This document shows positions 22,938 through 33,365 of a stretch of 64,000 nucleotides of DNA, piece after piece; the first letter of the stretch is position 1, and each line of letters starts with the position of its first letter. Source of the stretch: Cyanophora paradoxa CCMP329 (taxonomy: Eukaryota; Plantae; Glaucophyta); assembly GCA_004431415.1 (NCBI GenBank), contig QPMI01000478.1, forward strand, positions 62,001 through 126,000, in the 5' to 3' direction. A program made the translations under genes and the position numbers. The notes under the pieces are model-generated. The model was not told the origin of the DNA. It saw only the letters and a list, made by a program, of their open reading frames with translations, and made no database searches.

Positions 22938-22963
22938 CTTTACGCACGAAGCCTCAGAAAAAA

Positions 22964-24034
22964 TCAGGCGAGGCCGCGGTGCTTCCTGAAGTTATCTATC
23001 ATGCCAAGGAGCGTCTTGTCCACCGTGCCGTCGTCCGGACCCACGAGATTTTCCCCGTTGACGGTTTCGCCCTCCCAGTACTCCTTGGATCCGATTCGGA
23101 ACGGGGGCGGCTCCTCGGCCTTGTAGACGTAAAGGACGTCCAGAGGGTTCGTAGAGTTGTTGGAAGAATCGATGATAAGGCAGTGGTTATCCTGCGTGTA
23201 TTTATCGAGCAGGTAGTAGAAGGCGCGCTGGGATATGATGTCGCCCCACTCCTTTGCGAGGGCATCGCGCTGCATCGCCTGCGAGCACTTGAAAATGACA
23301 GCCAGATCAGTATTGGAGCGCAGGACGGGATTGATGCCCTTGGCATACTGCGTCGTGATAAGGGTCATGATTTTGTAGTGGCGCCCCGCCACGAACAGCT
23401 CGTTGAGGGCCTCGTCGTACCGCAGACGCGCGTCGGAAATCACGTCATCGAGCAGCACGAAAAATCGCGGATCGACGGGATCCTCCTTTCCGGCCAGCAC
23501 GTCCTCGGACTTGTTGTGCTGCATGATCGCCTGCTGCCTTCTGAATAAATGGAAGAGCACGCCCGGGTTGTACTTGGGCCAGATGAAGCGCTGCGGGATG
23601 TACTGCTTCCAGTACCCGTTCAGGCGATCGGTCTGGCTGATTACGATACCCCCCGGGAAGGTGCCGGAGAGGTTGAACATGAGATCGCGAAGGAAAAAGG
23701 ACTTGCCCGTGCGCCGCTTGCCGACGCAGACGACGGTGGCGTCGGGCTTGACGGTGTTCACGTCGAACCACTTAAGTTCGGGCAGGCAGGCCATGCGCTC
23801 GATGCCGCCCGTCTTCGAGTTGTCGAGGAAGGCGTTGACCTGCTCGGGCGTGAGCTGCATGCCGTCCTCTGTCATGCCCATCGCGCAGCTGGCGCCGGCG
23901 GCGGGGGCGGTGCCCGAGCCCGAGCCGGTGGCCTGGCCGGCGGGGGCGGGGGCCGCGGGCGCTGCGCCTGCGGGCTGGGCGGCCTGGGGCTTGGCCGCCT
24001 TCGGCTTCTTCGGCTTCTTGGGGTCCTTGGCCAT
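22964..24034 (-). CDS. A32-like (FtsK/HerA superfamily) genome packaging ATPase
   Basis: Walker A GKRRTGKS, Walker B FVLLDD, GRHYKIMTLITTQY and LRSNTD motifs. Confidence 0.95.
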   Translation of the reverse strand: MAKDPKKPKKPKAAKPQAAQPAGAAPAAPAPAGQATGSGSGTAPAAGASCAMGMTEDGMQLTPEQVNAFLDNSKTGGIERMACLPELKWFDVNTVKPDATVVCVGKRRTGKSFFLRDLMFNLSGTFPGGIVISQTDRLNGYWKQYIPQRFIWPKYNPGVLFHLFRRQQAIMQHNKSEDVLAGKEDPVDPRFFVLLDDVISDARLRYDEALNELFVAGRHYKIMTLITTQYAKGINPVLRSNTDLAVIFKCSQAMQRDALAKEWGDIISQRAFYYLLDKYTQDNHCLIIDSSNNSTNPLDVLYVYKAEEPPPFRIGSKEYWEGETVNGENLVGPDDGTVDKTLLGMIDNFRKHRGLA

Positions 24035-24075
24035 TTTACCCCCTTCATTCAGATTTTTCTCATTGTATCAGAAAC

Positions 24076-24312
24076 ATGCAGCGGATTGAGTTGCCCCCAC
24101 TCCACAGGAAGGCAAAGGACGGCATCGTGCGGGAGGAGGATGGAACATGGTACGCTTACATTACCGACCAGACCGGATACAGGTACATCACGTACTGCTC
24201 GGCCAACTATGCCACGGCAAACGAGGCAATCGAATGGTACGCTAAGAAGCAACGCGAGTTTGCGGTCTTGAATTTTCCAAAGGAACAATGCAATGAAAAT
24301 ACTCGGAGTTGA
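24076..24312 (+). CDS. Small viral hypothetical protein
   Basis: 78-aa ORF after TTTTTCTCA motif, overlapping RuvC start. Confidence 0.55.
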   Translation: MQRIELPPLHRKAKDGIVREEDGTWYAYITDQTGYRYITYCSANYATANEAIEWYAKKQREFAVLNFPKEQCNENTRS

Positions 24313-24769
24313 TGTTGGAATTTGTAACTTCGCATGGTGCCTCATCGAATTCGATCCGCAGACAAAGGAATCCCAGATTCTCGACTGGCAGAAGATCGCC
24401 CTCTTCCCGTCTGCGCGCTGCTGTGGCCGCCTGGTTGCGCGCCTGGTGGAGGTTACTCGCGGCCATAGCGCCTTCGGCCTTCCCGACCAGATCGCGATCG
24501 AGGGCCAGAGGACGGGAATCAATCGCTGCATCGAGTGCACGCTCCACGCCCTCCTGTACGGGCGTGCGCGCATCGTGAGCCCGCGCGCCATCAAGCACTT
24601 CTTCAAGATCTCGAACCCGAGCTACAAGGAGCGCAAGCGCGGCGCCGTGGACAAGTGCCGCGACCTCGTACCCGCCCAGCTCTCGGAAATCGCGGATCGA
24701 AACGGCAAGCTAGACGACCTCTGCGACGCCTACTTAATCGCCCTCTACGCCGCCCTCAATCCGTTGTGA
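24293..24769 (+). CDS. RuvC-like (poxvirus A22-type) Holliday junction resolvase
   Basis: ILGVDVGICNFAW, IAIEGQ, DDLCDAYL catalytic acidic residues. Confidence 0.9.
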   Translation: MKILGVDVGICNFAWCLIEFDPQTKESQILDWQKIALFPSARCCGRLVARLVEVTRGHSAFGLPDQIAIEGQRTGINRCIECTLHALLYGRARIVSPRAIKHFFKISNPSYKERKRGAVDKCRDLVPAQLSEIADRNGKLDDLCDAYLIALYAALNPL

Positions 24770-24967
24770 TCCCATTGTGATTTCTAGGCCCCGCCCGCCA
24801 GATGGGATCCTCGTGCCGCAAGCCCAGGCCCCTCTGCTGCGAAATCTGCCGCCTGCCGCAGACCAAGCGCGGCTGGGTGCTCAAGGCGGGCGTCTACGTC
24901 TGCTGCGCCCGGTGCGCCGTCCGCTACTACGCACTTTTTTCTGAAGGCTGCTACATCCGTAGCTAGC

Positions 24968-25360
24968 ATGGAGCACGCCCACTACTGCTTCAAGTGCCGT
25001 TCCAACACCAAGCTCGCCAACGTCGAGGTGCGTACCAGCAAGAACAACCGCCAGGTGGCCGTCGGCTCCTGCACGCAATGCAGCGGCCGGGTCTCGCGCT
25101 TCATGCGCCGGGTCCTCGAGGAGGGGGCCCGGGAGACCAGCCCCCCGCCGCAGCGCCCCCAGGTGGCCCACGCCACTGGCCCGGCCGCCGGCTCGAGCCA
25201 GGCACCGGCAGCCCCTACGGTCCCGAAGCCCCCCGCGGCGCCCCTGGCGAAGAAGACGGCGGCGCCGGCGGACGACTCGGCGCCCGCCGAGAGCCAAGTC
25301 CCGAAGCGCCAGCGCGCGCCGAAGAAGGCGGCGAGCGAGCCTGCGATTCTTCAGCAGTGA
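24968..25360 (+). CDS. DUF5679-like zinc-ribbon protein with basic tail
   Basis: YCFKCR...GSCTQCSGRVSRF. Confidence 0.75.
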   Translation: MEHAHYCFKCRSNTKLANVEVRTSKNNRQVAVGSCTQCSGRVSRFMRRVLEEGARETSPPPQRPQVAHATGPAAGSSQAPAAPTVPKPPAAPLAKKTAAPADDSAPAESQVPKRQRAPKKAASEPAILQQ

Positions 25361-25672
25361 TTCGGCGGCGCAACTGCCCGGTGCGCTTTTTCTGAAGCTT
25401 AGCCGATGGAAGGGATAATTACAGTTCAGACTCGCCTTTGCGGTGACTAACTTTCCGTCCTGATTCGCAGTGCCACTGCTTCGTCTGCGACTACCCCCCC
25501 ACCTGCTTCCCCGGCCACCTGCAGTTCGGCCACGAGATCACGGTGGCGCGCGTGGGCGGGCGGGCCCGCCTCGTCTGCAGGCGCTGCGCGCGCGGCCTCT
25601 TCGCCGACTTTCGCAGGATTCGCGACAGGGAGCTCACGGGCAGTATTTCTAAGTCCCTCCCCAAATTAAGAA

Positions 25673-25936
25673 ATGGCCTCCCTGCTGTTCGATAGGGACA
25701 TGTACCAAATGCAGAACCGATTCGACGGCGTTTACCCCGAGCGCATGCCGCAGGAGCAGTTCCCGCGCCCGCACTGGGCGGACCACCGCACGTACGGCCT
25801 CCGCAGGCCCGGGGCCGGGCAGCTGATGGTGCAGCCCGGGGGCGCACCGGCGGAGCGCGACTGGTCGCCCCTCTGGATTATAGCGGGGATCCTGGTGGGG
25901 TACCTCCTCTTCCGACCCAGTGTAATTTCTCAGTGA
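25673..25936 (+). CDS. Small protein with C-terminal transmembrane helix
   Basis: LWIIAGILVGYLLF; upstream TATTTCTAA. Confidence 0.7.
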   Translation: MASLLFDRDMYQMQNRFDGVYPERMPQEQFPRPHWADHRTYGLRRPGAGQLMVQPGGAPAERDWSPLWIIAGILVGYLLFRPSVISQ

Positions 25937-25948
25937 CCCCGTACCCCG

Positions 25949-26287
25949 ATGTCTCGATCTGTCCCTTACTGGGCCCCAATCGATACGCAAATTGAGATGC
26001 TGCGCGCTCGCATGCAGAAGCTTACGCTCGAAGAGGATCCCACGGATGTGCCCGAGCTGAAGGCGGGGCTGACCACGCTGCCGACGGATATCGTCGAGAA
26101 CATTCGCGATTGGGTGTACAGACTGCAGGACGAGGTCCGTGCACGGCTCTGGCAAATCGTGATGGGCCAGAGGGCCGCGGCCTACCGTAGCTTCGCCGAC
26201 CAGAGGGACGAGGCCACGCGCAGGTGGGAGAGGCAGTTCCCCGAGACGTACGGGGGCGCGAACCCATATTTTTCTGGTGACGGTTAA
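25949..26287 (+). CDS. Viral hypothetical protein
   Basis: ORF after TAATTTCTCA motif. Confidence 0.65.
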   Translation: MSRSVPYWAPIDTQIEMLRARMQKLTLEEDPTDVPELKAGLTTLPTDIVENIRDWVYRLQDEVRARLWQIVMGQRAAAYRSFADQRDEATRRWERQFPETYGGANPYFSGDG

Positions 26288-26289
26288 AT

Positions 26290-26559
26290 ATGCCGGAGGC
26301 GCAGAAGAAGCCCGCGAAAAAGGCGCCCACGAACGGGCAGGAGAAGCCGACAAAGGCCGAAGTGAAGGAGGCGAAGGAGAAGCTGAAGGGCCCGCCCGAA
26401 TTTCCTAAGGGGCCGAAGCCGCTGTACGAGGATGTCTCGCCCGGCGAAATATTCGTGGCGATGCGCCCGACGAAGCAGGGGAAGAAGGGCGGTGACAAGA
26501 AGGAAGACAAGGCCAAGACCGATAAAATTTCAAAGCCCACCCCTAAGAAGAGCAAATGA
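26290..26559 (+). CDS. Lysine-rich small protein (candidate DNA-condensing)
   Basis: 89 aa, very K-rich; upstream TTTTTCTGG. Confidence 0.6.
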   Translation: MPEAQKKPAKKAPTNGQEKPTKAEVKEAKEKLKGPPEFPKGPKPLYEDVSPGEIFVAMRPTKQGKKGGDKKEDKAKTDKISKPTPKKSK

Positions 26560-28535
26560 GGGGGCTCGCCTCGCGTTTCGCGCCCCGCAACGTGCTCGCG
26601 GTCCCGGGGGGCGGGGACTCGCACATCACGCCCTTTGAGAGCGAGAAGTTTGCGCACTTTCAGCAGATGATGAAGACGGCCGCGCACAGGGCCGAGGGCG
26701 CGCGCCTCGAAGACCGCCCGACGAGCACGAAACTCGCCGAGGTGGAGGCGCAGGCCATCGCCAACGCCTACTACATCAACAAGTTCCAGCAGATGGAGTC
26801 GAGCCTCGACGAGGAGTACGAGGAGGGCTTCCGCGCCTGGCTGATGGGCCAGTCCGCCTTCTCCGCTGGGCCTGGACTGAACCGGGCCAAGGGGGCGGGC
26901 GCCTGCGACGTGGACGGCAAGAACCTGACGCAGCTGCCGGGCGTGCGCGATTTTTGCAAGTCGAAGGAGGATCAAATCACGGAATTCCTGAAGCGCAAGA
27001 AGCGCCTCGAGACGCTGGGCCCCATGAACCTGGACGACGCGTACTACTACTACAAGTACATCATCAACGGCGAGGAGTTCAAGCCGACGAGCATCTACGC
27101 GCGCGAGAAGAAGAAGCCCGACGAGCTCATCGGAGGGGTGTACGACCCCGACTGGACGAACCGCAACACGAAGCAGCCCATGGCCCAGGCCGACCCGCCC
27201 TCGAGCTCGGACAGCGAGGGCCCGGGCCCGGACGAGAGCCGCCAGAGAAACCCGCAGGCCGAGCGCCGGCGCGAAGCCAAGAGGGCCAACCGCCTGCGGG
27301 CCGTGCGCAAGGCCCGCGAGCAGAACGCGCGCGTCACGTTCGAGGACAACGAGGCCATCGGGGATACGACCGCAAAGAATGCAGCGGGCAAGGGCAAGGG
27401 CGCGCGGGAGGCCCTCATACAGTCCGCCCTCCCGTCGCGCAGGGGGGCAGAGGCGATGTCAGACGACGAAGGAGGGGCACCGTCCCCGCCACCTCGGCCG
27501 CCACCGCCGCCGCCTCCGCCGCCTCCACCGCCGCCGCCGCCTCCACCCGAGCCGAAGACGCCCCCGCTGGCGCCCCAGCCCGGCCCTTCTCAGCCCCCGG
27601 AGACCGTGGCCAGGCCGTCCGCACCCCCGCCGGAGCAGCAGCCACCGCCCCCGCCCCCGCCCCCGCCCCCGCCCGAGCCACAGGCGGGGCCCTCGCGCCC
27701 GCCAGAGGTGGTGGCGGCCGAGGCGGTGGCCGTTGCAGCGGCAAGGGCCGTGCTCGAGCAGGTGCCCGTCGCCGTCCAGGCTCAACTCGCAAACGCGGGG
27801 ATCGAAATTGCCCCCTCGTCCCCGCGCGAGAAGGAAGCTACGGACAAGCGCAGGGCCGCGTACAAGGATATGGGACGGCGACCGGGGTGGTCGATGATGC
27901 CAGAAAAGGACGCGATAGACAATACCACCAAGAAGGTGAAAGAAGCGGCAGAATCTCGCCGTGCGGGGCTGCTGAAGCAAATCCGCAGCGGTACACGACC
28001 CGAACGAATGGCAGTGGAAACCCCGGCTGAGCGCGCGGCTCGCGAGCAGGCAGAGGCAGAGGAAAGCGAGCTGCGGGCGGGGTTCCTGGAAACGGTCTCG
28101 TCCGAAATTACGCGCGCGGCAGGGGACGAGGCTGTGGAACAATTCCTTGCCCGTCAAATCGATTATAATCAGCTGGCGGCCATAGCCCAGGCCCGGGCCA
28201 CCGGTGTCAACCGCCAACAGGCGCAGATTGCAGAACAGCACCGTGATATTTCGGATCTGGGCGGAGACATTGTGAAATTCTACGAAGCTGAGCGAGAGGA
28301 GGACCCGCTGGGATCTGCGGCGAAGGGCCCCTTTACGGAACGAGTGCGGCGCGTCGAGGAGCGGGCCCAGCAACTCATGAACTTGGAGCCGGAGCGTTAC
28401 TTCAAGTTGGACAGAGGACTTCTCATAGGTTATCTTGAAGGAAGACGCGACTGGTCTGCGATCACAGACGCACTCCGCAAGAAGGCGTACGACGAGGACC
28501 TAGCACGACGGGGGGCGCGCCCTGTAATCACGTAG
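26556..28535 (+). CDS. Viral protein with globular N-terminal domain and proline-rich linker
   Basis: 659-aa ORF directly upstream of MCP; FRAWLMG...LPGV...GPMNLDDAYYYYKY block. Confidence 0.8.
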   Translation: MRGLASRFAPRNVLAVPGGGDSHITPFESEKFAHFQQMMKTAAHRAEGARLEDRPTSTKLAEVEAQAIANAYYINKFQQMESSLDEEYEEGFRAWLMGQSAFSAGPGLNRAKGAGACDVDGKNLTQLPGVRDFCKSKEDQITEFLKRKKRLETLGPMNLDDAYYYYKYIINGEEFKPTSIYAREKKKPDELIGGVYDPDWTNRNTKQPMAQADPPSSSDSEGPGPDESRQRNPQAERRREAKRANRLRAVRKAREQNARVTFEDNEAIGDTTAKNAAGKGKGAREALIQSALPSRRGAEAMSDDEGGAPSPPPRPPPPPPPPPPPPPPPPPEPKTPPLAPQPGPSQPPETVARPSAPPPEQQPPPPPPPPPPPEPQAGPSRPPEVVAAEAVAVAAARAVLEQVPVAVQAQLANAGIEIAPSSPREKEATDKRRAAYKDMGRRPGWSMMPEKDAIDNTTKKVKEAAESRRAGLLKQIRSGTRPERMAVETPAERAAREQAEAEESELRAGFLETVSSEITRAAGDEAVEQFLARQIDYNQLAAIAQARATGVNRQQAQIAEQHRDISDLGGDIVKFYEAEREEDPLGSAAKGPFTERVRRVEERAQQLMNLEPERYFKLDRGLLIGYLEGRRDWSAITDALRKKAYDEDLARRGARPVIT

Positions 28536-28550
28536 GCGAGCCCTCCACAA

Positions 28551-28560
28551 AATTTTCTCA
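28551..28560 (+). promoter_or_regulatory. Example of recurrent viral upstream motif WTTTCYNA (here before MCP)
   Basis: AATTTTCTCA 15 nt before ATG; similar motif precedes more than 25 viral ORFs. Confidence 0.65.
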
Positions 28561-28575
28561 ACGCACCCCTAAACC

Positions 28576-30018
28576 ATGGCTTCCGCGCTCATCTCCGCCC
28601 CCACCACCGCCCTCGCGCAGTCGCTCCTGAGCTCGAACTCGTCCGTGCACGTGAACGACTCCTTCGACACCGCGACGCCCTTCGTGGACGAGGTGCTGGA
28701 GGTCAGCCCCGTCCAGAGCGGCATCAGCTTCGGTCAGACCCTCGATTTCATCATCCCGCACTCGGCGCCCCTCATCAACGATATTTGGCTCAAGGTTAAG
28801 CTGCCTGCGGTGGCCTCCGGAAGATTTACCTCCCGAAGGCCGGCCTCATCCTGCTGAAGAAGGTGAAGGTTTTCGTGGGCACGCAGCTCGTCCACGAGTA
28901 CGAGGGCGCCTACGATGCCATCTACGACGAGCTCGAGCAGGATCGTTCCGTTCCGCACACGGTCAACCTGATCAACGAGTGCTGGGCGACACAGGTTCTG
29001 CTGCGCCGCTCCCAGCGGGCGCAGGTGCTTCACATCCCGCTCCGCGTTCTCACCGGTTACGGTCGCAAGTTCGCCGTGCCCTCTATAAGCTCCGCGGCTC
29101 GGGCAACGACCTCAAGATTCAGATCACGTACGCGAGCCACAAGGATGTTACGGCCACCTGGGTCACCACCGGAATCCACACCGACAGTGGCCTGACGGCG
29201 ACCACCGACCTCGATTCGAAGCTCGTGCTGCGCTACACCCACGTGAGCCCGTACGAGCTCAGCCTCCACCCAACAGCGTCACGTGGGCTGGCAAGTACAT
29301 GCAGTCGTACAACGTAAAGTTCACGAGCGGCACGAGCTTCCGCCTGCCGTTCACTGGCGTCTGCTACGAGATGGTAATTGTCGTACGCGACGGCGCCGCG
29401 ACGGACCAGGGGTACAACTTCTGGAAGTTCCGCCCCTTGAGCAAAATCGACCTCAAGTGCGATAACATCAAGGCGCTCGACAGCTCTATTCACGACGCGC
29501 ATTTCCTGCGCACCGCCATCGCGAACCGCGAGCACCGCAACGTGCCCACGCGCAAGTACCTCGAGCTGCTGCAGGGCTTCGCCGACAACACCGACGCCAA
29601 CGGCGCAAAGGCCCTGGCGGAGGCGGCCGATACGACGTACGGTACCAACGAGGTTTCCATCATTAATGCGCTGCGCAATGCCCTTCACCCGCACCCGTGG
29701 TCGGGCAACGACACCGCCATCACCACCCTTGACACCCAGGATTACAACAACAGCGACATCATGCCAGCGGTGCAGAACGGCGCGGCAACCGCCGCCTCCG
29801 CTCAGTACGGCACCGAATTCATCTACGCTGTTCCCTTCGGCACCGAGGTGGCAGACGACACCAAGATGTTCGGCGGCCTCGACTTCGGCGCCTTCAAGAC
29901 GATCGAGCTCACGCTCACCACGGCGGGGACGCTGACGACGCCGATCGCCGATATCTACTGCCGCTACTACAACGAGATCAGCTTCATCAACGGCGGCGCC
30001 TACCGCCGCTTCCACTAG
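28576..30018 (+). CDS. Double-jelly-roll major capsid protein (3 single-base frameshifts near 28820, 29080, 29270)
   Basis: FGQTLDFIIPHSAPLINDIWLKVKLP, LLKKVKVFVGTQLV, LHIPL, IYAVPF...GGLDF...YCRYYNEISFING match the NCLDV MCP pattern. Confidence 0.88.
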
Positions 30019-30108
30019 ATTGCCAGCTAGCCAGAGTGTGAGAGGGGCGAGCCTCGGCCGCCGATGTGAACCAATAAATTTTCCCACTGGGATCCTAACC
30101 GAGGCACG

Positions 30109-31233
30109 ATGACGAAGGGCCATTCCATGATGGACATTGGGGAGGGCTCTAAGAAGCAGCGCCAGTCGCTGAAGAACGACCTGAAGTCCGACATGGATGG
30201 CATCGTGAACAAGTACCTGCCCGGCACGATCATGCCCGAGGTGCCCGTCGTAGATGGAACGAAGGCGGACATCTACACGCCCGAGGACAAGGCGCGGGGC
30301 CTGGGGCTCAGCGGGGGGGAAACGAAGACCCTGCCCGCGATGAAGTACACGCCCTCGATGGAGAAGCTGATGCGCATGGGCATCCGACAGCAGCTGCAGA
30401 ACGCGAACCCCGGTCGCACGATCAACGAGGAGGACGTGGAGAACGCGTTCAGCCTGCGGAAGGAAATCATGATTCGCGATTTCGACCAGTGGGCGATGAC
30501 GGCCTTCGACCTGAAGCAGCCGGGCGTCGCAAAAATGCTCGAGGAATACTACCCCGAGCTGCTCGAGCGAATTACGAACATGATCGAACAGGACATCGAA
30601 ATTCAGCGTTTCGATAAGTACCAGAAGGTCTTCTTCCCGATGAACTACGACGACCTCGTCATGAAGTGGGCGCGCGAGCGCGGCTGGATCAAGACGATGG
30701 AAGAAATCGAGAAGGAGAACCTGCTCGGGCCCGCGGGCCGTTACGGTCAAACGGAAGCGAATCCCCAGGGACTCCGCGCCGGCTACACGCCCGACCTGTC
30801 GCCCATGTTCAACGCGCAGACGGCCAACATCAGCAGCGCCGTCAACAAGCCCTACGGCCGCAACGACGTGGACTTCAGCCGGGGCAATCCGTTCGGGGCG
30901 ATGCTCCTCGATCAGCCGGGGACGCGCGGCCCAGCCCTGCCGACGGCCATGCCTTACGCGGACCAGAACCTGCTGCCCCGCGTCGTCAACCCGCTCCCTG
31001 CGCTGCAGGGCAACCAGCTTGCCACGCCGTTCCAGAAAGGACGCATGGAAGAGCTCCGCGCTAAAGGAACGGTGGCAGGCATGTCCACTGCATCGCAGAC
31101 TGCAATTCAGACAGCCTTCCAGTCCATCGTCCGGAACACGGAGAGCAGGCAGATTGCCATGCTTGCGGAAATAAACGCCCGGAAGGCGGAGATGTTCGAC
31201 CAAGCAGCCCAGGCGCTCCGACCCGCCCAGTAA
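30109..31233 (+). CDS. Viral hypothetical protein downstream of MCP (candidate virion protein)
   Basis: 374-aa ORF; DFDQW...FDL..P...L...YPE block. Confidence 0.8.
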   Translation: MTKGHSMMDIGEGSKKQRQSLKNDLKSDMDGIVNKYLPGTIMPEVPVVDGTKADIYTPEDKARGLGLSGGETKTLPAMKYTPSMEKLMRMGIRQQLQNANPGRTINEEDVENAFSLRKEIMIRDFDQWAMTAFDLKQPGVAKMLEEYYPELLERITNMIEQDIEIQRFDKYQKVFFPMNYDDLVMKWARERGWIKTMEEIEKENLLGPAGRYGQTEANPQGLRAGYTPDLSPMFNAQTANISSAVNKPYGRNDVDFSRGNPFGAMLLDQPGTRGPALPTAMPYADQNLLPRVVNPLPALQGNQLATPFQKGRMEELRAKGTVAGMSTASQTAIQTAFQSIVRNTESRQIAMLAEINARKAEMFDQAAQALRPAQ

Positions 31234-31255
31234 TTTCTGAGGCACGCGCAAGCAC

Positions 31256-31585
31256 ATGGCAGCGACGGAGGCGACGCTGGGCGAGCAGATCGAGGCGCGC
31301 TGGGGCCGCTTCCTCGACCTGCTGGAGCCGGAGGCCAAGGAGCCGGGGGTACGGGCACAGATTCAGTCCCTGCGCGGCATAGGGGCCACGGCGGTCATCG
31401 TTCTATTTAGGAGGCACATCAACGCGGAGGCCGAATTCATTAAAGCGAAAGACGACCGAGTTTTCGAGAAGCTGCCGCAGGAGTACGCCTCGGCCGTGCG
31501 CTCGCTCTTCTACGGGAGCGGGCCCGAGCTGCGCGAGAAGCTGTGGCTTTACATCGAGCTCTTCGTCGAGCTGACCTCCGAGTAA
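31256..31585 (+). CDS. Small helical protein resembling a conserved NCLDV family
   Basis: FIKAKDDRVF...REKLWLYIELF pattern (recalled, not searched). Confidence 0.65.
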   Translation: MAATEATLGEQIEARWGRFLDLLEPEAKEPGVRAQIQSLRGIGATAVIVLFRRHINAEAEFIKAKDDRVFEKLPQEYASAVRSLFYGSGPELREKLWLYIELFVELTSE

Positions 31586-31610
31586 ATATTTCTAAGGGGC
31601 AAGCGTAACG

Positions 31611-32414
31611 ATGGACCCCTCGGCGATGCTGGGCTTCGACGCGCTGGCCGTGGACGGGCCGAACCCGGTGGGGATCCCGCAGCCTCGGAAGAAGGGCCGC
31701 CCCGCGAAAGAAGGCAAGGAAAAGGGCGAGAAGGCGCCGAAGGCCGACAAGACGGCGCTGCCGGGCGACGGGCCCACGGTGCCGCCGACGGCGCCGAGCA
31801 AGGGCGCGAGCTTCAGCGTGCAGGAGCACATCGAAATGACGAAGAAGAAGGAGCAGAGCGTGAAGAAGGCGCTGGGGATCGACCTGCAGGAGAGGCCGCG
31901 CGACGAGGCGCAGGTGGACGTGGACGAGAAGAAGCAGGTTCTGCGGCAGATCGCGCAGTACAGGCGCTCGTTCGGGGGCGAGCTGACGTCCACGAAAAAG
32001 CTGAGCCTCGCGACGCCGCTGGACGAGCTGAAGGAAGAGTACGAGGAAATTCAGCGCGAGCTGAGCACGCGGGGTTCGCTGGAGGCCGCGCGCCTCTTTC
32101 TGATCGCGGGCATGCACTCGCTGGAGCACCTGAACAAAGCGTACGATCCGATCGGCCTGAAGTTAGACGGGCTCGGACAGGCGACGCTCTCTTCCATGGA
32201 CCAGGTGCAGCCGATCTTAGAGGAGCTGGTGATCAAGTACTCGCGCTACGTGACCCTGGGGCCCGAGGCGCGCCTGGGGATGGCCCTTGTGCAGACGGTG
32301 CTGGCGGTGCACGCGGCCAACGCGAACCCGGAGATGATGAAGGAGGTGACGGAGGCGGCGGCCTCGACGGCGGCGGAGCCCAGGGCGGTGGGCGGCAAGT
32401 TCAACGGCCTTTGA
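31611..32414 (+). CDS. DUF5767-like conserved NCLDV protein
   Basis: DPIGLKLDGL...ILEELVIKY...GPEARL...VHAAN pattern. Confidence 0.75.
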   Translation: MDPSAMLGFDALAVDGPNPVGIPQPRKKGRPAKEGKEKGEKAPKADKTALPGDGPTVPPTAPSKGASFSVQEHIEMTKKKEQSVKKALGIDLQERPRDEAQVDVDEKKQVLRQIAQYRRSFGGELTSTKKLSLATPLDELKEEYEEIQRELSTRGSLEAARLFLIAGMHSLEHLNKAYDPIGLKLDGLGQATLSSMDQVQPILEELVIKYSRYVTLGPEARLGMALVQTVLAVHAANANPEMMKEVTEAAASTAAEPRAVGGKFNGL

Positions 32415-32468
32415 TTGTAAACGCTTGTAATCAATTGCACCAGAGAAATTACAATTTATTCGACTAAG

Positions 32469-33251
32469 CTACTGCATGGGGGCGGTGTACATAGACTCGG
32501 GGTTTAGGTAGGGCTCGAAATCGGCCTCGTTGTCGTAGGGCTTGAAGGCCAGCTCGGGCGTGCGCCCGGCGAAGCGAAAGGCGCCGACCTTGCACTGCTG
32601 CACGGCGAGGAAGGACCACTTGAGGCCGAACTTGCCCTCGGGGATGGCGTAGGCGGTGTCGATTTTAACGAGGGCCGCCACCAGGTCTCCGGTGCCGATG
32701 GTGGCGCGCTCGGTGATGAGGTAGTTGGACATGTCGACGACTGGGATCGTCTTGCGCTTGCCCGCCATCGTCTGCGTGCGGATGCGCATGTTGAGGTACT
32801 TGTAGAAGGCCTGGCCCGACTCCTTGTCGACCTTGATGCGCACGCTGGGCGTCTGCAGCACCGAGATCTGATCCTTGGAGAGGGCGCGCCCGGGCGAGAC
32901 CTTGAGCTTGGCCTGGTTCTGCTGCACGAACTCGCAGAATTTCGCGTCCAGGGCCTCCAGCAGCTTGAGGAACTCGTCCGCGGCTGGGTTCGTCTGGCCG
33001 TCGACGGCGCTGAGATCGGTGAGGTCCAGCGTGTAAAATCCGCCGTTTTCTTCCATGACGAAGGCCTTCTTCTCGTCGCTCCACGCCTTGCCTTGCTCTG
33101 TGTTGATGCACGGGTTGATCGTGACCATGGGCGGCGCGTACATCATGAGGCCCTGCAGGCCGTCGTACTTGGCCTTGATGCGGCCGTTGGCATCGATTTC
33201 GAAGGCGAGCTTGGCGGGGTCGATCTCGGTGGCGCTGCGGACGGTGGCCAT
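32469..33251 (-). CDS. Putative OB-fold single-stranded DNA-binding protein
   Basis: FLKLLEALD...GKFGLKWSFLAVQ pattern of NCLDV/T7 gp2.5-like SSBs; acidic/aromatic C-tail. Confidence 0.7.
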   Translation of the reverse strand: MATVRSATEIDPAKLAFEIDANGRIKAKYDGLQGLMMYAPPMVTINPCINTEQGKAWSDEKKAFVMEENGGFYTLDLTDLSAVDGQTNPAADEFLKLLEALDAKFCEFVQQNQAKLKVSPGRALSKDQISVLQTPSVRIKVDKESGQAFYKYLNMRIRTQTMAGKRKTIPVVDMSNYLITERATIGTGDLVAALVKIDTAYAIPEGKFGLKWSFLAVQQCKVGAFRFAGRTPELAFKPYDNEADFEPYLNPESMYTAPMQ

Positions 33252-33365
33252 GTTGTCTGAGCTTAGTGTGCGATCAGCCTAGCGCTAGAAAATATTTAAG
33301 GCCGCCCCACCTGACTTCAGGCTGACCTCGGGTGAGCGCTCAGGTGATTCAGGTAAAACACGTGT

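Noticed and set aside
28800-29300. Programmed ribosomal frameshifting in MCP
   Set aside because: Three shifts without slippery heptamers; the same single-base homopolymer losses recur in unrelated genes
29233-31338. 701-aa minus-strand ORF and similar long antisense ORFs (14321-15280, 20312-21265, 46570-47904, 48136-49368)
   Set aside because: Shadows of GC3-rich sense genes with no motifs
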